DNA from: Prevotella sp.
GTDB taxonomy: Bacteria; Bacteroidota; Bacteroidia; Bacteroidales; Bacteroidaceae
Length of the DNA: 64,000 nt
Reading direction: 5' to 3'
Assembly (NCBI GenBank): GCA_045600885.1
Contig: JAZRYU010000161.1
Coordinates: forward strand, 12,541-76,540
Part shown: positions 47,903 through 57,680 of the stretch, piece after piece
Layout of the letters: each line of letters opens with the position of its first letter
How positions within the stretch are numbered: position 1 is the stretch's first letter
Notes under the pieces: generated by a model
What the model was told of the DNA's origin: nothing
The model's input: the letters and a program-made list of their open reading frames with translations, nothing else
Databases searched by the model: none
Made by a program: the position numbers and the translations under genes

Positions 47903-48874
47903 ATGAAAATCCTTATCACAGGCTCCACAGGTTTCATCGGCAGTTTCATCTGCGAAGAAGCCGTAAACCGTGGCTTTGAAACATTCGCTGCCATAAGAAA
48001 GACGAGCTCGCTTAAGTACATCTCTGATGAGCGCATCCAGAAGCTTGAGCTCAATCTCTCCTCCAAGGAGCAGCTCGTGGAAGTACTTTCACAGCATGAG
48101 TTCGATTACATCGTTCATGCTGCCGGCGCAACGAAATGCCTCAACAAGCAGGACTTCTTCCGCATAAATACTGACGGCACGAAGAACTTCATCGATGCCA
48201 TCCGCGAGACACAGCATAATCTCAAGCGCTTCGTCTTCATCAGCAGCCTCAGCATCTTCGGTGCCATCAAGGAAGATCAGCCGTACGAGCCGATTACCGA
48301 GCATGACACTCCGCAGCCAAACACGGCTTATGGCGAGAGCAAGCTGAAAGCTGAGCAGTATCTGCGCAGCCAAAAGGATTTCCCTTACGTCATACTCCGC
48401 CCAACGGGTGTCTATGGACCTCGTGAGAAGGACTACTACATGATGTTCGATTCCATCAAGAAGCATTCTGACTTTGCCGTTGGCTACAAGCCGCAGGTCA
48501 TCACCTTCGTCTATGTCAGCGACGTCGTTCAAGCCGTCTTCCTCGCTCTTGAAAAGGATTGCGTGGGCAGAGCTTATTTCCTTTCCGACGGTCAGAACTA
48601 TTCTTCCACCGACTTCTCCGACCTCATCATCAAGGAGCTTGGCGTGAAGCATGTTCTACGCATCAAGGCTCCGCTTTGGATACTGAAGATTGTCACCACT
48701 TGCGGCGAATATTTCGGTCAACTGACAAAGCAGATGACTGCGCTCAACAAGGACAAATACAACATCCTCAAGCAGCGCAACTGGATGTGCGACATCACTC
48801 CGGCTCAGCGCGAACTTGGCTACGAGCCAAAGGTTCTCCTGCCTGAAGGTGTTAAGAGAACTGCGGAACAATAG
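47903..48874 (+). CDS. NAD-dependent epimerase/dehydratase (extended SDR)
   Basis: ITGSTGFIG, HAAG, YGESK and RPTGVYGP motifs. Confidence 0.9.
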   Translation: MKILITGSTGFIGSFICEEAVNRGFETFAAIRKTSSLKYISDERIQKLELNLSSKEQLVEVLSQHEFDYIVHAAGATKCLNKQDFFRINTDGTKNFIDAIRETQHNLKRFVFISSLSIFGAIKEDQPYEPITEHDTPQPNTAYGESKLKAEQYLRSQKDFPYVILRPTGVYGPREKDYYMMFDSIKKHSDFAVGYKPQVITFVYVSDVVQAVFLALEKDCVGRAYFLSDGQNYSSTDFSDLIIKELGVKHVLRIKAPLWILKIVTTCGEYFGQLTKQMTALNKDKYNILKQRNWMCDITPAQRELGYEPKVLLPEGVKRTAEQ

Positions 48875-48898
48875 AAGCCCACCTTATAATAGCCATAA

Positions 48899-48922
48899 AG
48901 GACAGCCATACTTGGCTGTCCT
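48899..48922. other. Intergenic hairpin upstream of sufB
   Basis: aggacagcca-tact-tggctgtcct, a 10-bp perfect stem with no U-tract. Confidence 0.55.
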
Positions 48923-48943
48923 CCCCTATAAAGATAAAAGAAA

Positions 48944-50398
48944 ATGCAAGAAGAAAAAAACGCCTTCGTCAGAGAGGTTGCCGAAAAGAAGTATGAGCAC
49001 GGCTTCACCACCGATGTCTATACGGAAATCATCGACAAGGGTCTCAACGAAGACATCATACGAATCATTTCATCCAAGAAGAACGAACCTGACTGGATGC
49101 TGGAGTTCCGCCTGAAGGCTTTCCGCTATTGGCAGACTCTCGAGCAGCCTGAATGGGGACACCTTCAGATGCCTGAAATTGATTATCAGGCTATCTCTTA
49201 CTATGCCGACCCGCTCGCGCAGAAGAAGGAAGGACCAAAGTCTATCGACGACATTGATCCAGAGCTCATGAAGACCTTCGACAAGCTTGGCATTCCTCTT
49301 GAGGAGCGTCTCGCTCTCAGTGGCGTTGCCGTCGATGCCATCATGGACTCCGTTTCTGTCAAGACTACGTTCAAAGAGAAGCTCGCTGAGAAGGGCATCA
49401 TATTCTGCTCCATTGGCGAGGCTATCCAGAACCATCCTGAACTGGTAAAAGAATATCTCGGCTCTGTTGTGCCTTACAAGGACAATTTCTTCGCAGCACT
49501 GAACTCAGCGGTATTCTCCGACGGTTCCTTCGTTTATATCCCGAAGGGTGTTCGCTCTCCAATGGAACTGTCCTCTTATTTCCGCATAAATGCTGCCAAC
49601 ACAGGTCAGTTTGAGCGCACTCTCATCATTGCCGACGATGATGCCTACGTCTCTTATCTCGAAGGCTGCACGGCTCCTATGCGCGACGAGAATCAGCTGC
49701 ATGCTGCAATCGTGGAAATCGTAGTCAAGGAACGTGCCGAGGTAAAATACTCTACCGTGCAGAACTGGTATCCGGGCGACGAGAACGGAAAGGGCGGCGT
49801 GCTCAATCTCGTGACTAAGCGTGGCGACTGCCGCGGCGTAGGCTCAAAGCTCTCTTGGACACAGGTAGAGACAGGCTCTGCCATCACATGGAAATACCCT
49901 TCATGCATACTGCGCGGCGACAACTCCGTGGCAGAGTTCTACTCTGTTGCTGTGACCAACAACTATCAGCAGGCTGACACGGGCACAAAGATGTTGCACA
50001 TCGGAAAGAACACCAAGAGCACGATAATCTCAAAAGGTATCTCAGCCGGACATTCACAAAACTCCTACCGAGGACTTGTCCGTGCTGCATCCACGGCTGA
50101 AGGTGCCAGAAACTACTCTTCATGCGACTCCCTCCTTCTGGGCGACCAGTGTGGTGCTCACACCTTCCCTTACATGGACATCCACAACGACTCTGCCGTC
50201 GTTGAGCATGAAGCCACTACGAGCAAGATTTCCGAAGCGCAGCTCTTCTACTGCCAGCAGCGCGGCATTCCGATGGAACAGGCTGTAGGTCTCATCGTCA
50301 ACGGTTATGCCAAGGAAGTGCTCAACAAACTTCCTATGGAGTTTGCCGTGGAAGCTCAGAAGCTCCTCTCCGTAAGCCTCGAAGGAACCGTAGGATAA
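48944..50398 (+). CDS. sufB: Fe-S cluster assembly protein SufB
   Basis: [39 protein letters not shown] and EHEATTSKI motifs. Confidence 0.96.
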   Translation: MQEEKNAFVREVAEKKYEHGFTTDVYTEIIDKGLNEDIIRIISSKKNEPDWMLEFRLKAFRYWQTLEQPEWGHLQMPEIDYQAISYYADPLAQKKEGPKSIDDIDPELMKTFDKLGIPLEERLALSGVAVDAIMDSVSVKTTFKEKLAEKGIIFCSIGEAIQNHPELVKEYLGSVVPYKDNFFAALNSAVFSDGSFVYIPKGVRSPMELSSYFRINAANTGQFERTLIIADDDAYVSYLEGCTAPMRDENQLHAAIVEIVVKERAEVKYSTVQNWYPGDENGKGGVLNLVTKRGDCRGVGSKLSWTQVETGSAITWKYPSCILRGDNSVAEFYSVAVTNNYQQADTGTKMLHIGKNTKSTIISKGISAGHSQNSYRGLVRAASTAEGARNYSSCDSLLLGDQCGAHTFPYMDIHNDSAVVEHEATTSKISEAQLFYCQQRGIPMEQAVGLIVNGYAKEVLNKLPMEFAVEAQKLLSVSLEGTVG

Positions 50399-50406
50399 AA
50401 GCCCCA

Positions 50407-50451
50407 CTGCCGTTCTCGGCATCCCAGACTATCCCCTGCCGTTCTCGGCAG
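50407..50451. repeat. Two direct copies of a small hairpin (ctgccgttctcggca)
   Basis: The same 15-mer occurs twice downstream of sufB; each folds as tgccg-ttct-cggca. Confidence 0.65.
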
Positions 50452-50490
50452 GGCTTAAATCATAAATCATCCATCAAAAATCATAAATCC

Positions 50491-52944
50491 TTGAAAAAGC
50501 TTTCCCTTATACTCCTGATGGTCGGCATGCTGATCCCAGCCCTATCCTTTGCCGACAACAAGAACACGCCTACCCCAGCCAAACCGCTGAAGCTATGGTA
50601 CAACAAGCCTGCATCCTATTGGGAGGAGGCACTCCCTATCGGTAACGGCCGTCTCGGCGCAATGGTCTTTGGCGGCATCGCCCATGAAGAGCTCCAACTC
50701 AACGAGGAGAGCATCTGGACGGGTGGTCCTCACAACAATGTGAACATGAACGCCAAGGACTCTCTTGAGCGCATCCGTCAGCTCATCTTCGAAGGTCGCA
50801 ACGAAGAGGCACAGCAGCTCTGCGGCTCGTCAATCTGTTCGCCTGGTCCTAACGGCATGGCTTATCAGACGGTAGGATCTCTCCATCTTGACTTTGACAT
50901 CAAGGGATACGATGCCGAGAACGACCTCGCTCAGATAGCCAAGCACTCCAAGACAAAATACTCTCGCGAGCTGAACATATCTGATGCTCTCGCCTCTACG
51001 CAGTTTACTGTTGATGGCGTCACTTACACGCGAGAAGCCTTCGCCAGCTTTGTTGACAACATGATCATCGTCCGCCTGTCAGCTTCCAAGAAGGGACGAC
51101 TCTCTTTCAAGGTTCGCTACTCTACTCCTTACGAACCAGGCACTTACAAGACAGAGAAGCGCGGCACAAGCGACCCTTCCGTTGCCCTTCTGGCTCTTGC
51201 CGGACGAGCTGATGATCACGAAGGCGTGAAGGGCGAGGTGGAGTTCTACTCCGTCGTGAAGAGCAAGATCTTCGGTGGAGAGCAGTTTGCTACAGACTCT
51301 TGCATCTGGGTAAGCGAAGCTAACGAAGCACTTCTCTATATTTCCATCGGCACAAACTTCATCAACTACAAGGATGTCTCTAACAGCGCCTTTGCTGAGG
51401 CATTGCTTCCGCTGAAGAAGTCTTACCGCGACTATAACGAGGCTAAGCAGGAGCACATCACTCACTATAAGTCATACTTCGACCGCGTGTCGCTCACTCT
51501 TGAAAACGACTCCATCACAACCCTTGCCGAACAACTGGCAGGCGTGAGCGGAAAGCGTCGCGACGAGATTCAGATTCCTACTGATGTAGCCGTGAAGAAC
51601 TATGCTGACGCTCCTGACCCTAATCTCGCATCGCTCTATTTCCAGTACGGTCGCTATCTCCTCATCAGTTCTTCAACTCCAGGCTCTCAGGCTGCAAACC
51701 TTCAGGGCATCTGGAACTATCAGCGTCGCGCACCTTGGGATGGCAAATACACCACTGACATCAATGTCGAGATGAACTACTGGCCAGCAGAGGTGACTGC
51801 TCTTTCCGAAATGAACGAGCCGATGATACAGCTTATCAAGGAGTGTGCCGAAGCAGGAAAGGAAACTGCCGCAATGTACGGCTGTCGCGGATGGACACTC
51901 CATCACAACACGGACATCTGGCGCTCTACCGGTGCCGTCGATGGTCCCGACTGGGGCATCTGGCCTACGTGCAACGCCTGGTTCTGCCAGCATCTTTTCG
52001 ACACCTATCAATACACCCTCAACCGCAACTTCCTCACAGAGATATATCCACTCATGAAGGGCGCATGCGAGTTCTATCTGGACTTCCTCGTGCGCGAGCC
52101 TAAGAACAACTATTGGGTCGTTGCGCCTTCTTATTCTCCTGAGAACACGCCGCAGATTCCTGGCAGGAAGTTCCGCGTCGTTGCCGGTGCTACGATGGAC
52201 AATCAGATGGTTCGCGAACTCTTCCGCAACACCATCGAGGCTGGCATGACACTCAACGAGGATCCTCTCTTCGTTGACTCTCTCCGCCTCGTCCTTGCCG
52301 ACCTTCCTCCTACAAAGATAGGACGCTGGGGACAAATTCAGGAATGGCTTGAGGACTACGACAATCCTAACGACCGCCACCGCCACATCTCCCACCTCTG
52401 GGGACTTTTCCCTGGCAAGCAGATCAGCCTCTTCAAGACTCCAGAACTCCACGAGGCTGCCATCAAGACGCTTGAGAGCCGCGGCGACAAATCAACAGGA
52501 TGGTCTATGGGATGGAAGGTATGCTTCTGGGCACGTCTGCTCGACGGAAACCATGCTCATCAGATTATCAAGGACCAGCTCTCTCCTGCATTGGTAGAGC
52601 ACAGTCAGTCAGGCGGCACATATCCAAACCTCTTCGATGCCCATCCGCCATTCCAGATAGACGGTAACTTCGGCTGCACAGCAGGCATTGCAGAGATGCT
52701 CGTACAGAGTCATAACGAAGAGATCCACATTCTTCCAGCCATACCGGAAATCTGGCAGAACGGCACCGTAAAAGGACTCCGTCTCCGTGGCGGCTACATC
52801 CTCAATGAGCTCACTTGGCGCGACGGAAAACCAACAAAGCTCACCATCACCAGCCGTAAGGGCGGCACCCTCCGTCTCAGAATAGGCGACGAGATAAAAG
52901 AACTCGAAACAGAGCCAAACTGGATTTATCCGGTAATACAGTAA
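50491..52944 (+). CDS. Glycoside hydrolase family 95 (alpha-L-fucosidase/alpha-L-galactosidase-like)
   Basis: Signal peptide (TTG start); WEEALPIGNGRLGAM, FQYGRYLLISSS, NLQGIWN, HRHISHL and HPPFQIDGNFG motifs. Confidence 0.92.
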   Translation: MKKLSLILLMVGMLIPALSFADNKNTPTPAKPLKLWYNKPASYWEEALPIGNGRLGAMVFGGIAHEELQLNEESIWTGGPHNNVNMNAKDSLERIRQLIFEGRNEEAQQLCGSSICSPGPNGMAYQTVGSLHLDFDIKGYDAENDLAQIAKHSKTKYSRELNISDALASTQFTVDGVTYTREAFASFVDNMIIVRLSASKKGRLSFKVRYSTPYEPGTYKTEKRGTSDPSVALLALAGRADDHEGVKGEVEFYSVVKSKIFGGEQFATDSCIWVSEANEALLYISIGTNFINYKDVSNSAFAEALLPLKKSYRDYNEAKQEHITHYKSYFDRVSLTLENDSITTLAEQLAGVSGKRRDEIQIPTDVAVKNYADAPDPNLASLYFQYGRYLLISSSTPGSQAANLQGIWNYQRRAPWDGKYTTDINVEMNYWPAEVTALSEMNEPMIQLIKECAEAGKETAAMYGCRGWTLHHNTDIWRSTGAVDGPDWGIWPTCNAWFCQHLFDTYQYTLNRNFLTEIYPLMKGACEFYLDFLVREPKNNYWVVAPSYSPENTPQIPGRKFRVVAGATMDNQMVRELFRNTIEAGMTLNEDPLFVDSLRLVLADLPPTKIGRWGQIQEWLEDYDNPNDRHRHISHLWGLFPGKQISLFKTPELHEAAIKTLESRGDKSTGWSMGWKVCFWARLLDGNHAHQIIKDQLSPALVEHSQSGGTYPNLFDAHPPFQIDGNFGCTAGIAEMLVQSHNEEIHILPAIPEIWQNGTVKGLRLRGGYILNELTWRDGKPTKLTITSRKGGTLRLRIGDEIKELETEPNWIYPVIQ

Positions 52945-52990
52945 AAGGCAGATGCCACAATAATAGCTCTGAACCGTAAGAATATAAAAC

Positions 52991-53151
52991 TAGCCTACAC
53001 CCCCTACACCAATCGTATAACAGCCTTACTATCAGACAGTTATAAGGTGTAGGCAAGGGTGTAGGCTGGTGTAGGCAACAATCGCAGTCTACATCCTCAC
53101 AAACTACTGACACTCAACCATTTAGCACAAAAAGGTGTAGGGTGTAGGCTA
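52991..53151. repeat. Symmetric iterated-motif element Y (CCTACACC)
   Basis: Terminal inverted doublets tagcctacaccccctacacc / ggtgtagggtgtaggcta; three internal ggtgtaggc; degenerate TAAC-N3-CTGA-N3-TCAG-N3-GTTA palindromes near each end. Confidence 0.75.
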
Positions 53152-53188
53152 TCTTATTTCTTTCTAAAAATCGCTTACGCTTCGTAAA

Positions 53189-53239
53189 CCATGGGGAGAC
53201 GCATCGCAATCCTAAGGAATAATTTTGTATCCCTTAAGG
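53189..53239. repeat. Phased CCTWAGG array, copy C
   Basis: CCATGGG (53189), CCTAAGG (53211) and CTTAAGG (53233); spacers aataattttgta and acgcatcg are shared with copy A. Confidence 0.65.
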
Positions 53240-53346
53240 ATTTTTCCCGAAAAGCAAGAGGCATATACTTTTCTTACAGTATGTCAGCAATTATGGCGCT
53301 GGTCATTACGGGACATAACGTGGATAGGAGAAAATCAGATAGTTCT

Positions 53347-54663
53347 TTATTTGGTAAGGAAATCAATATACTCACGAATTGCCTTGTCGCAAACGGGGCA
53401 GAATAGGTCTTGCGTGTGCATCCAGTTCATCATGCAGTTAGGCATAGGACGATAGATTCCTTTCTCTAGATATCCGCCACCCTCGTATGCTCCGAGTTTC
53501 CAGTCCTTCATGTTGTAAGAGTTCTGCTTGTCGTAACCTTTGGGCAGTGGAGTTGGCAGTGGTGTCTTGGCGTCAATCATATCCTGCCACTTGCACTTTC
53601 CGTCCACAAGAGCTGTGAGGTTTGCCTCCCAAGGCTCTATGCCAGGAGCATACAGTTCGGTATCACTACCGCCGACATACTCGTCGCCAAGTCCGAGAAG
53701 CAGATGACCGAACTCGTGAGCGTAAGTCTTGCGGACAGATTCCGGACGTGAGAAGATATGCGCCGCACTGATGCCATACCAGTTGTAAATGGCACCACCA
53801 CCGTATTTCTGTGAGTTGGAAATAATGTAGATATACTCGTAAGGCACATGAGCGGCAATATTGCGGAGGTTCTGCATATCGTCGGTCATCTGGTATCGCT
53901 CTGAATCAAAGGTGTAATACATGGCGCGACAAGCTGTATTCTTCCATATATTCTCGCCCGGAATGCTCACTCCCGACTGCTGTGACGGAGCCCAAACGGC
54001 ACGGATGTTCATCTTGTATTTATTGTCGCCATAAGGGGCGTAAGAGAATAGCGATTCTGAGAACTTGTGGCAATCTGTCACAAATGTCGCCTTATCAGCC
54101 TCAGTGTAACCTTCAGGAATAAGCACGATGTCAATAGCACGGTCAGAGTTGCCTTGATAGGCGATGTCAATAGACTCAAGGGTAGGGACGAACTTACGGA
54201 TAAAGTAGTTCTCCGGATCGATGTCGTATGCAAAGAGCTTATGGTACTGGTTCTTCTTATCGCGTACTTCTATGGTAAGCGTGACAGCCTTGCGAGGGAA
54301 AGGGAATGTGATGCTCTCTGGCATGGCACGACTGACTTGCTTAGCCTCAGGCGTTGTCATCCATTCCTGCATGAGAGTGCAATAGGCACGCTGATAGAGA
54401 AGTGTGCCGGAAGCCTTGTCGTTTATGCGATAGCGATAAGCGCCATAGCCGAAATTGTCTATGAGTGAAGTCTTTGAACCTGCAAAATAGGGTTCTTCAA
54501 TAATCTCGTCAAAGTATATTGTTTCCTTTTCCGCAGAGCCGGCATGATAGTAGTCGAAGCGCATTGTCTTATTGAAGAACCACGTACTGAAATCGTCAGC
54601 AAAGGCTGAAGGACAAAGGGTAAATGCTAAGAGGAGTATAGAGAGAAGTCTTTTTGATTTCAT
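53347..54663 (-). CDS. M64 family metallopeptidase (IgA peptidase-like), exported
   Basis: Signal peptide; KTMRFDY, IPEGYT, YGGGAIYN, HEFGH..LGLGDEY, YEGGGY and FCPVC motifs. Confidence 0.9.
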   Translation of the reverse strand: MKSKRLLSILLLAFTLCPSAFADDFSTWFFNKTMRFDYYHAGSAEKETIYFDEIIEEPYFAGSKTSLIDNFGYGAYRYRINDKASGTLLYQRAYCTLMQEWMTTPEAKQVSRAMPESITFPFPRKAVTLTIEVRDKKNQYHKLFAYDIDPENYFIRKFVPTLESIDIAYQGNSDRAIDIVLIPEGYTEADKATFVTDCHKFSESLFSYAPYGDNKYKMNIRAVWAPSQQSGVSIPGENIWKNTACRAMYYTFDSERYQMTDDMQNLRNIAAHVPYEYIYIISNSQKYGGGAIYNWYGISAAHIFSRPESVRKTYAHEFGHLLLGLGDEYVGGSDTELYAPGIEPWEANLTALVDGKCKWQDMIDAKTPLPTPLPKGYDKQNSYNMKDWKLGAYEGGGYLEKGIYRPMPNCMMNWMHTQDLFCPVCDKAIREYIDFLTK

Positions 54664-54802
54664 GGTCAAAGAAAGCGTTAACTGTTAGAAATTATGCTGC
54701 AAAGATAATCATTTTTAAGTTTTTTCCATAATTATTTCTCAATTATTTCAAAAAATCTTAATTTTGCAGCATAAAACCATAAACTTAAAACCTCTAAACA
54801 TT

Positions 54803-55471
54803 ATGAAAAAGTATTTAGCAGAAATGGTGGGCACAATGGTTCTCGTGCTCATGGGCTGCGGCACAGCAGTCTCTTTGAACTGCGGTTCAGACGTAGCCTC
54901 AGTAGTTGGTACAGCAATGGCTTTCGGTCTTGCTGTTGTTTCAATGGCTTACACCATCGGCGGTATTTCAGGATGCCACATTAATCCAGCCATCACGCTC
55001 GGCTGCCTGATTTCTGGTCGCATCAACGCAAAGGATGCCGGCATGTACATGATTTTCCAGACTATCGGTGCGTTCATCGGTTCGGCTATTCTCTATCTTC
55101 TTGTTCAGCAGGTAGGTGCAGACGGCACAACAACAGGTGCAAACACTTGTGCAAACGGTCCTATTGCAGCATTGATCTGCGAGATCATACTGACATTTGT
55201 CTTCGTGCTCGTTGTTCTCGGCACAACAGACGAGAAGAAGGGTGCTGGCAATCTTGCCGGTCTTGCCATCGGTCTCTCTCTTATCCTCGTTCACCTTGTA
55301 GGCATTCACTACACAGGCACTTCCGTAAACCCTGCACGTTCTATTGCTCCTGCAATCTTTGAGGGCGGCAATGCTCTCGCTCAGCTTTGGGCATTCATCG
55401 TTGGTCCATTCATCGGTGCAGCAGCTGCTGCTGGCGTATGGAAGGTCATAGGTTCTTCTGAGGCAGAGTAA
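54803..55471 (+). CDS. aqpZ: Aquaporin (MIP family, AqpZ-like)
   Basis: SGCHINPA and TSVNPARS (two NPA motifs); six transmembrane helices; -7 box TAATTTTG at 54759-54766. Confidence 0.85.
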   Translation: MKKYLAEMVGTMVLVLMGCGTAVSLNCGSDVASVVGTAMAFGLAVVSMAYTIGGISGCHINPAITLGCLISGRINAKDAGMYMIFQTIGAFIGSAILYLLVQQVGADGTTTGANTCANGPIAALICEIILTFVFVLVVLGTTDEKKGAGNLAGLAIGLSLILVHLVGIHYTGTSVNPARSIAPAIFEGGNALAQLWAFIVGPFIGAAAAAGVWKVIGSSEAE

Positions 55472-55490
55472 AAGAAAGCTCTGAAGAAAG

Positions 55491-55571
55491 CAAATGTAGG
55501 GCGAGGATTTCCGAGCCGCGATTCAGGTTTTATTGCACTGAAACGGCTCGGAAATCCTCGCCCTACATTTG
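55491..55571. repeat. GTAG-type REP doublet, copy 2 (28-bp perfect inverted repeat)
   Basis: caaatgtagggcgaggatttccgagccg ... cggctcggaaatcctcgccctacatttg, between convergent genes. Confidence 0.85.
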
Positions 55572-55624
55572 TCCCCCAAAAGCAATCAATGAAGTAAAAA
55601 GTTATCCCTTGGGATTGGGGGCTT

Positions 55625-56863
55625 TTATGCGGCTCTCTTGCGTCTTCCCTTTTGACGAACAGGCTTAGCAGTCTTAACTACAGAATCTGTTTTCTGCTTA
55701 ACAGAATCCGTCTTTTGTTTAGCTGGGATTGTTTGAACAGTAGGAGCAGGTTTCTTCTGCAGTGAACCTACGCGTGCTTTCTGCTCTGCTTCTGAGATAA
55801 GGCTGTCAGGAAGAGATGCTGGAATGACGCGATAGTTGCCAGTTGGGTTGAGAGTCGGGAAAGAACAGTAAGTCTTTTCCTCATCAACGGCGAGAAGGGT
55901 TGTTGTGCTCTTGCCTTCAGTGGTAATCTTCTGGAACTTCAGAGTCACGGTAAGACCGATCTTGTTGTCAGCTGTCTGCATGTTAGAAATGTAGTTGCCG
56001 AGAGAATATACCACATAATGCTTCTTGCCATCCTTGCCCTGAAGATAGACAGAAGGCTGGATAACATGAGGATGACCGCCAATGACGTGGTCAACGCCCT
56101 GGTCAACAAGCCATTGCGCCAGCTCACGCTGCTCAGCATTCTCCCTCAAGACATTCTCCAAGCCCCAATGGAGCGAAGCGATGATGACGTCTGGCTTCAT
56201 TGACTTAGCCTTCTTGATGTCTTTAGCCATCATATCCTTGTTGATGACGTTGACGATGTTTCCCTTAGGAACAGGAAGACCGTTTGTGCCGTAAGTATAA
56301 GTGAGCAAACAAACCTTTATGCCGCCTGCATCCAGGATAAGCGGATAACGCTTGCTGCGCGAAAGAGAATCAACGTATGTTCCGCAAGAAGGAATATTCT
56401 CCTTGCTGAGCATTTCCAAAGTGCGCTCAATGCCTTTCTGTCCGCGGTCGCAGCAGTGGTTGTTGGCAGTGGTAAGAGCATCAAAGCCCGCAGCCTTTAT
56501 GGCAGAGAGATACTGGTCAGGTGCAGAGAACTGCGGATAGCCTGAATAAGGTTCCCCGCCGAGCGTAACCTCAAGGTTTCCGATGGCGAGAGTGGCAGCA
56601 CTGATCATCGGCTTCACAAACTCGAAGCAAGCATCGTAGTTGTAAGTATCGCCGTCGCCACAAGCATACGCCCTTTTAATCTGCGGACCATGCTGCATGA
56701 GGTCGCCCACGAAGAGGACAGTGGAAGTGACAGTGTCGGAAGTGATTTCCGGTTTTTCCTCCATCTTCTCTGTCAGAGGAGCGATGATGTTCTTTACGGC
56801 AGAAACATCATTGCAGCCTGCGAGGAAGAATACGGAAATAAAAAGGAATGAGAGTTTTTTCAT
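55625..56863 (-). CDS. CapA family (PGA_cap) metallophosphatase-fold lipoprotein
   Basis: Lipobox LAGC; FVGDLM, GNLE, ANNH..D, HWG, GGHPHV and YSLGN motifs. Confidence 0.88.
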   Translation of the reverse strand: MKKLSFLFISVFFLAGCNDVSAVKNIIAPLTEKMEEKPEITSDTVTSTVLFVGDLMQHGPQIKRAYACGDGDTYNYDACFEFVKPMISAATLAIGNLEVTLGGEPYSGYPQFSAPDQYLSAIKAAGFDALTTANNHCCDRGQKGIERTLEMLSKENIPSCGTYVDSLSRSKRYPLILDAGGIKVCLLTYTYGTNGLPVPKGNIVNVINKDMMAKDIKKAKSMKPDVIIASLHWGLENVLRENAEQRELAQWLVDQGVDHVIGGHPHVIQPSVYLQGKDGKKHYVVYSLGNYISNMQTADNKIGLTVTLKFQKITTEGKSTTTLLAVDEEKTYCSFPTLNPTGNYRVIPASLPDSLISEAEQKARVGSLQKKPAPTVQTIPAKQKTDSVKQKTDSVVKTAKPVRQKGRRKRAA

Positions 56864-56867
56864 ATCG

Positions 56868-57671
56868 CTATTTTTTTATAATTGCACGGATAACGTACCA
56901 GACGTGCATGGCGAGGGTGGTAAAAAGACCGTAATGACAGCACATCACGCGGAAACGTTCCATAAGGGAAGCGCGATGATTGGCCGTTGTCTGTCCCTCA
57001 CGCTGATAGAGAGCCACCACGCGATGAGTGTTTACGAGCGGAAGTCCTCGCTTATCGGCTTCCTTCATTATGCGGATGCACCAATCAACATCGGCAGAAT
57101 GGCGATACTGCAGGTCGTAGGGAAAGAGCTTTGCAATGTCTGTCCGTGCATAGAAAGCCTGATGACAGACGAGCATTCCCTGCTTAAAAGATCGCCAAGA
57201 GAGACGCTCTGGGGCAGAATGGTTTCGCTTGCCAATAACGTTGCCGAGATTGTCCGTCCAGAGAGTGTCGCCATAGGCAACGGCTGGGAGGGAGTCAGAA
57301 GCTGATGCTTCAGACACAGGGGCAGAATGCTTTATACTTTCCGCAACATGCTGAAGGGTTTCTGCTTCGGGAAAACTGTCGCCCGCATTCAGGTACAGAA
57401 TATAGTCGCCAGAAGCTCGCTGAAGACCTTTGTTCATTGCATCGTAGAGTCCGCGGTCTGGTTCAGATGAGATTACGACACGATAGCCGTTGCCCTTTGT
57501 CTCGCCAGCTTTTTCTGCGTATGCCTGAGCAATGGAAACGGTATTGTCCTTAGAAGCACCGTCCACGATGAGGTGCTCAATGTCGGGATAGGTCTGAGAC
57601 AGGACACTATCTAGCGTGCGCTGCAGACAGTCCGACGCATTGTATGTTATGGTGACGATGGTGAAAGTCAT
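56868..57671 (-). CDS. Glycosyltransferase family 2 (WcaE-like)
   Basis: IVTITYN, VDGAS, GLYDAMNKG, LNAGD, HQA and SADVDW motifs. Confidence 0.9.
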   Translation of the reverse strand: MTFTIVTITYNASDCLQRTLDSVLSQTYPDIEHLIVDGASKDNTVSIAQAYAEKAGETKGNGYRVVISSEPDRGLYDAMNKGLQRASGDYILYLNAGDSFPEAETLQHVAESIKHSAPVSEASASDSLPAVAYGDTLWTDNLGNVIGKRNHSAPERLSWRSFKQGMLVCHQAFYARTDIAKLFPYDLQYRHSADVDWCIRIMKEADKRGLPLVNTHRVVALYQREGQTTANHRASLMERFRVMCCHYGLFTTLAMHVWYVIRAIIKK

Positions 57672-57680
57672 TGGATTCTA

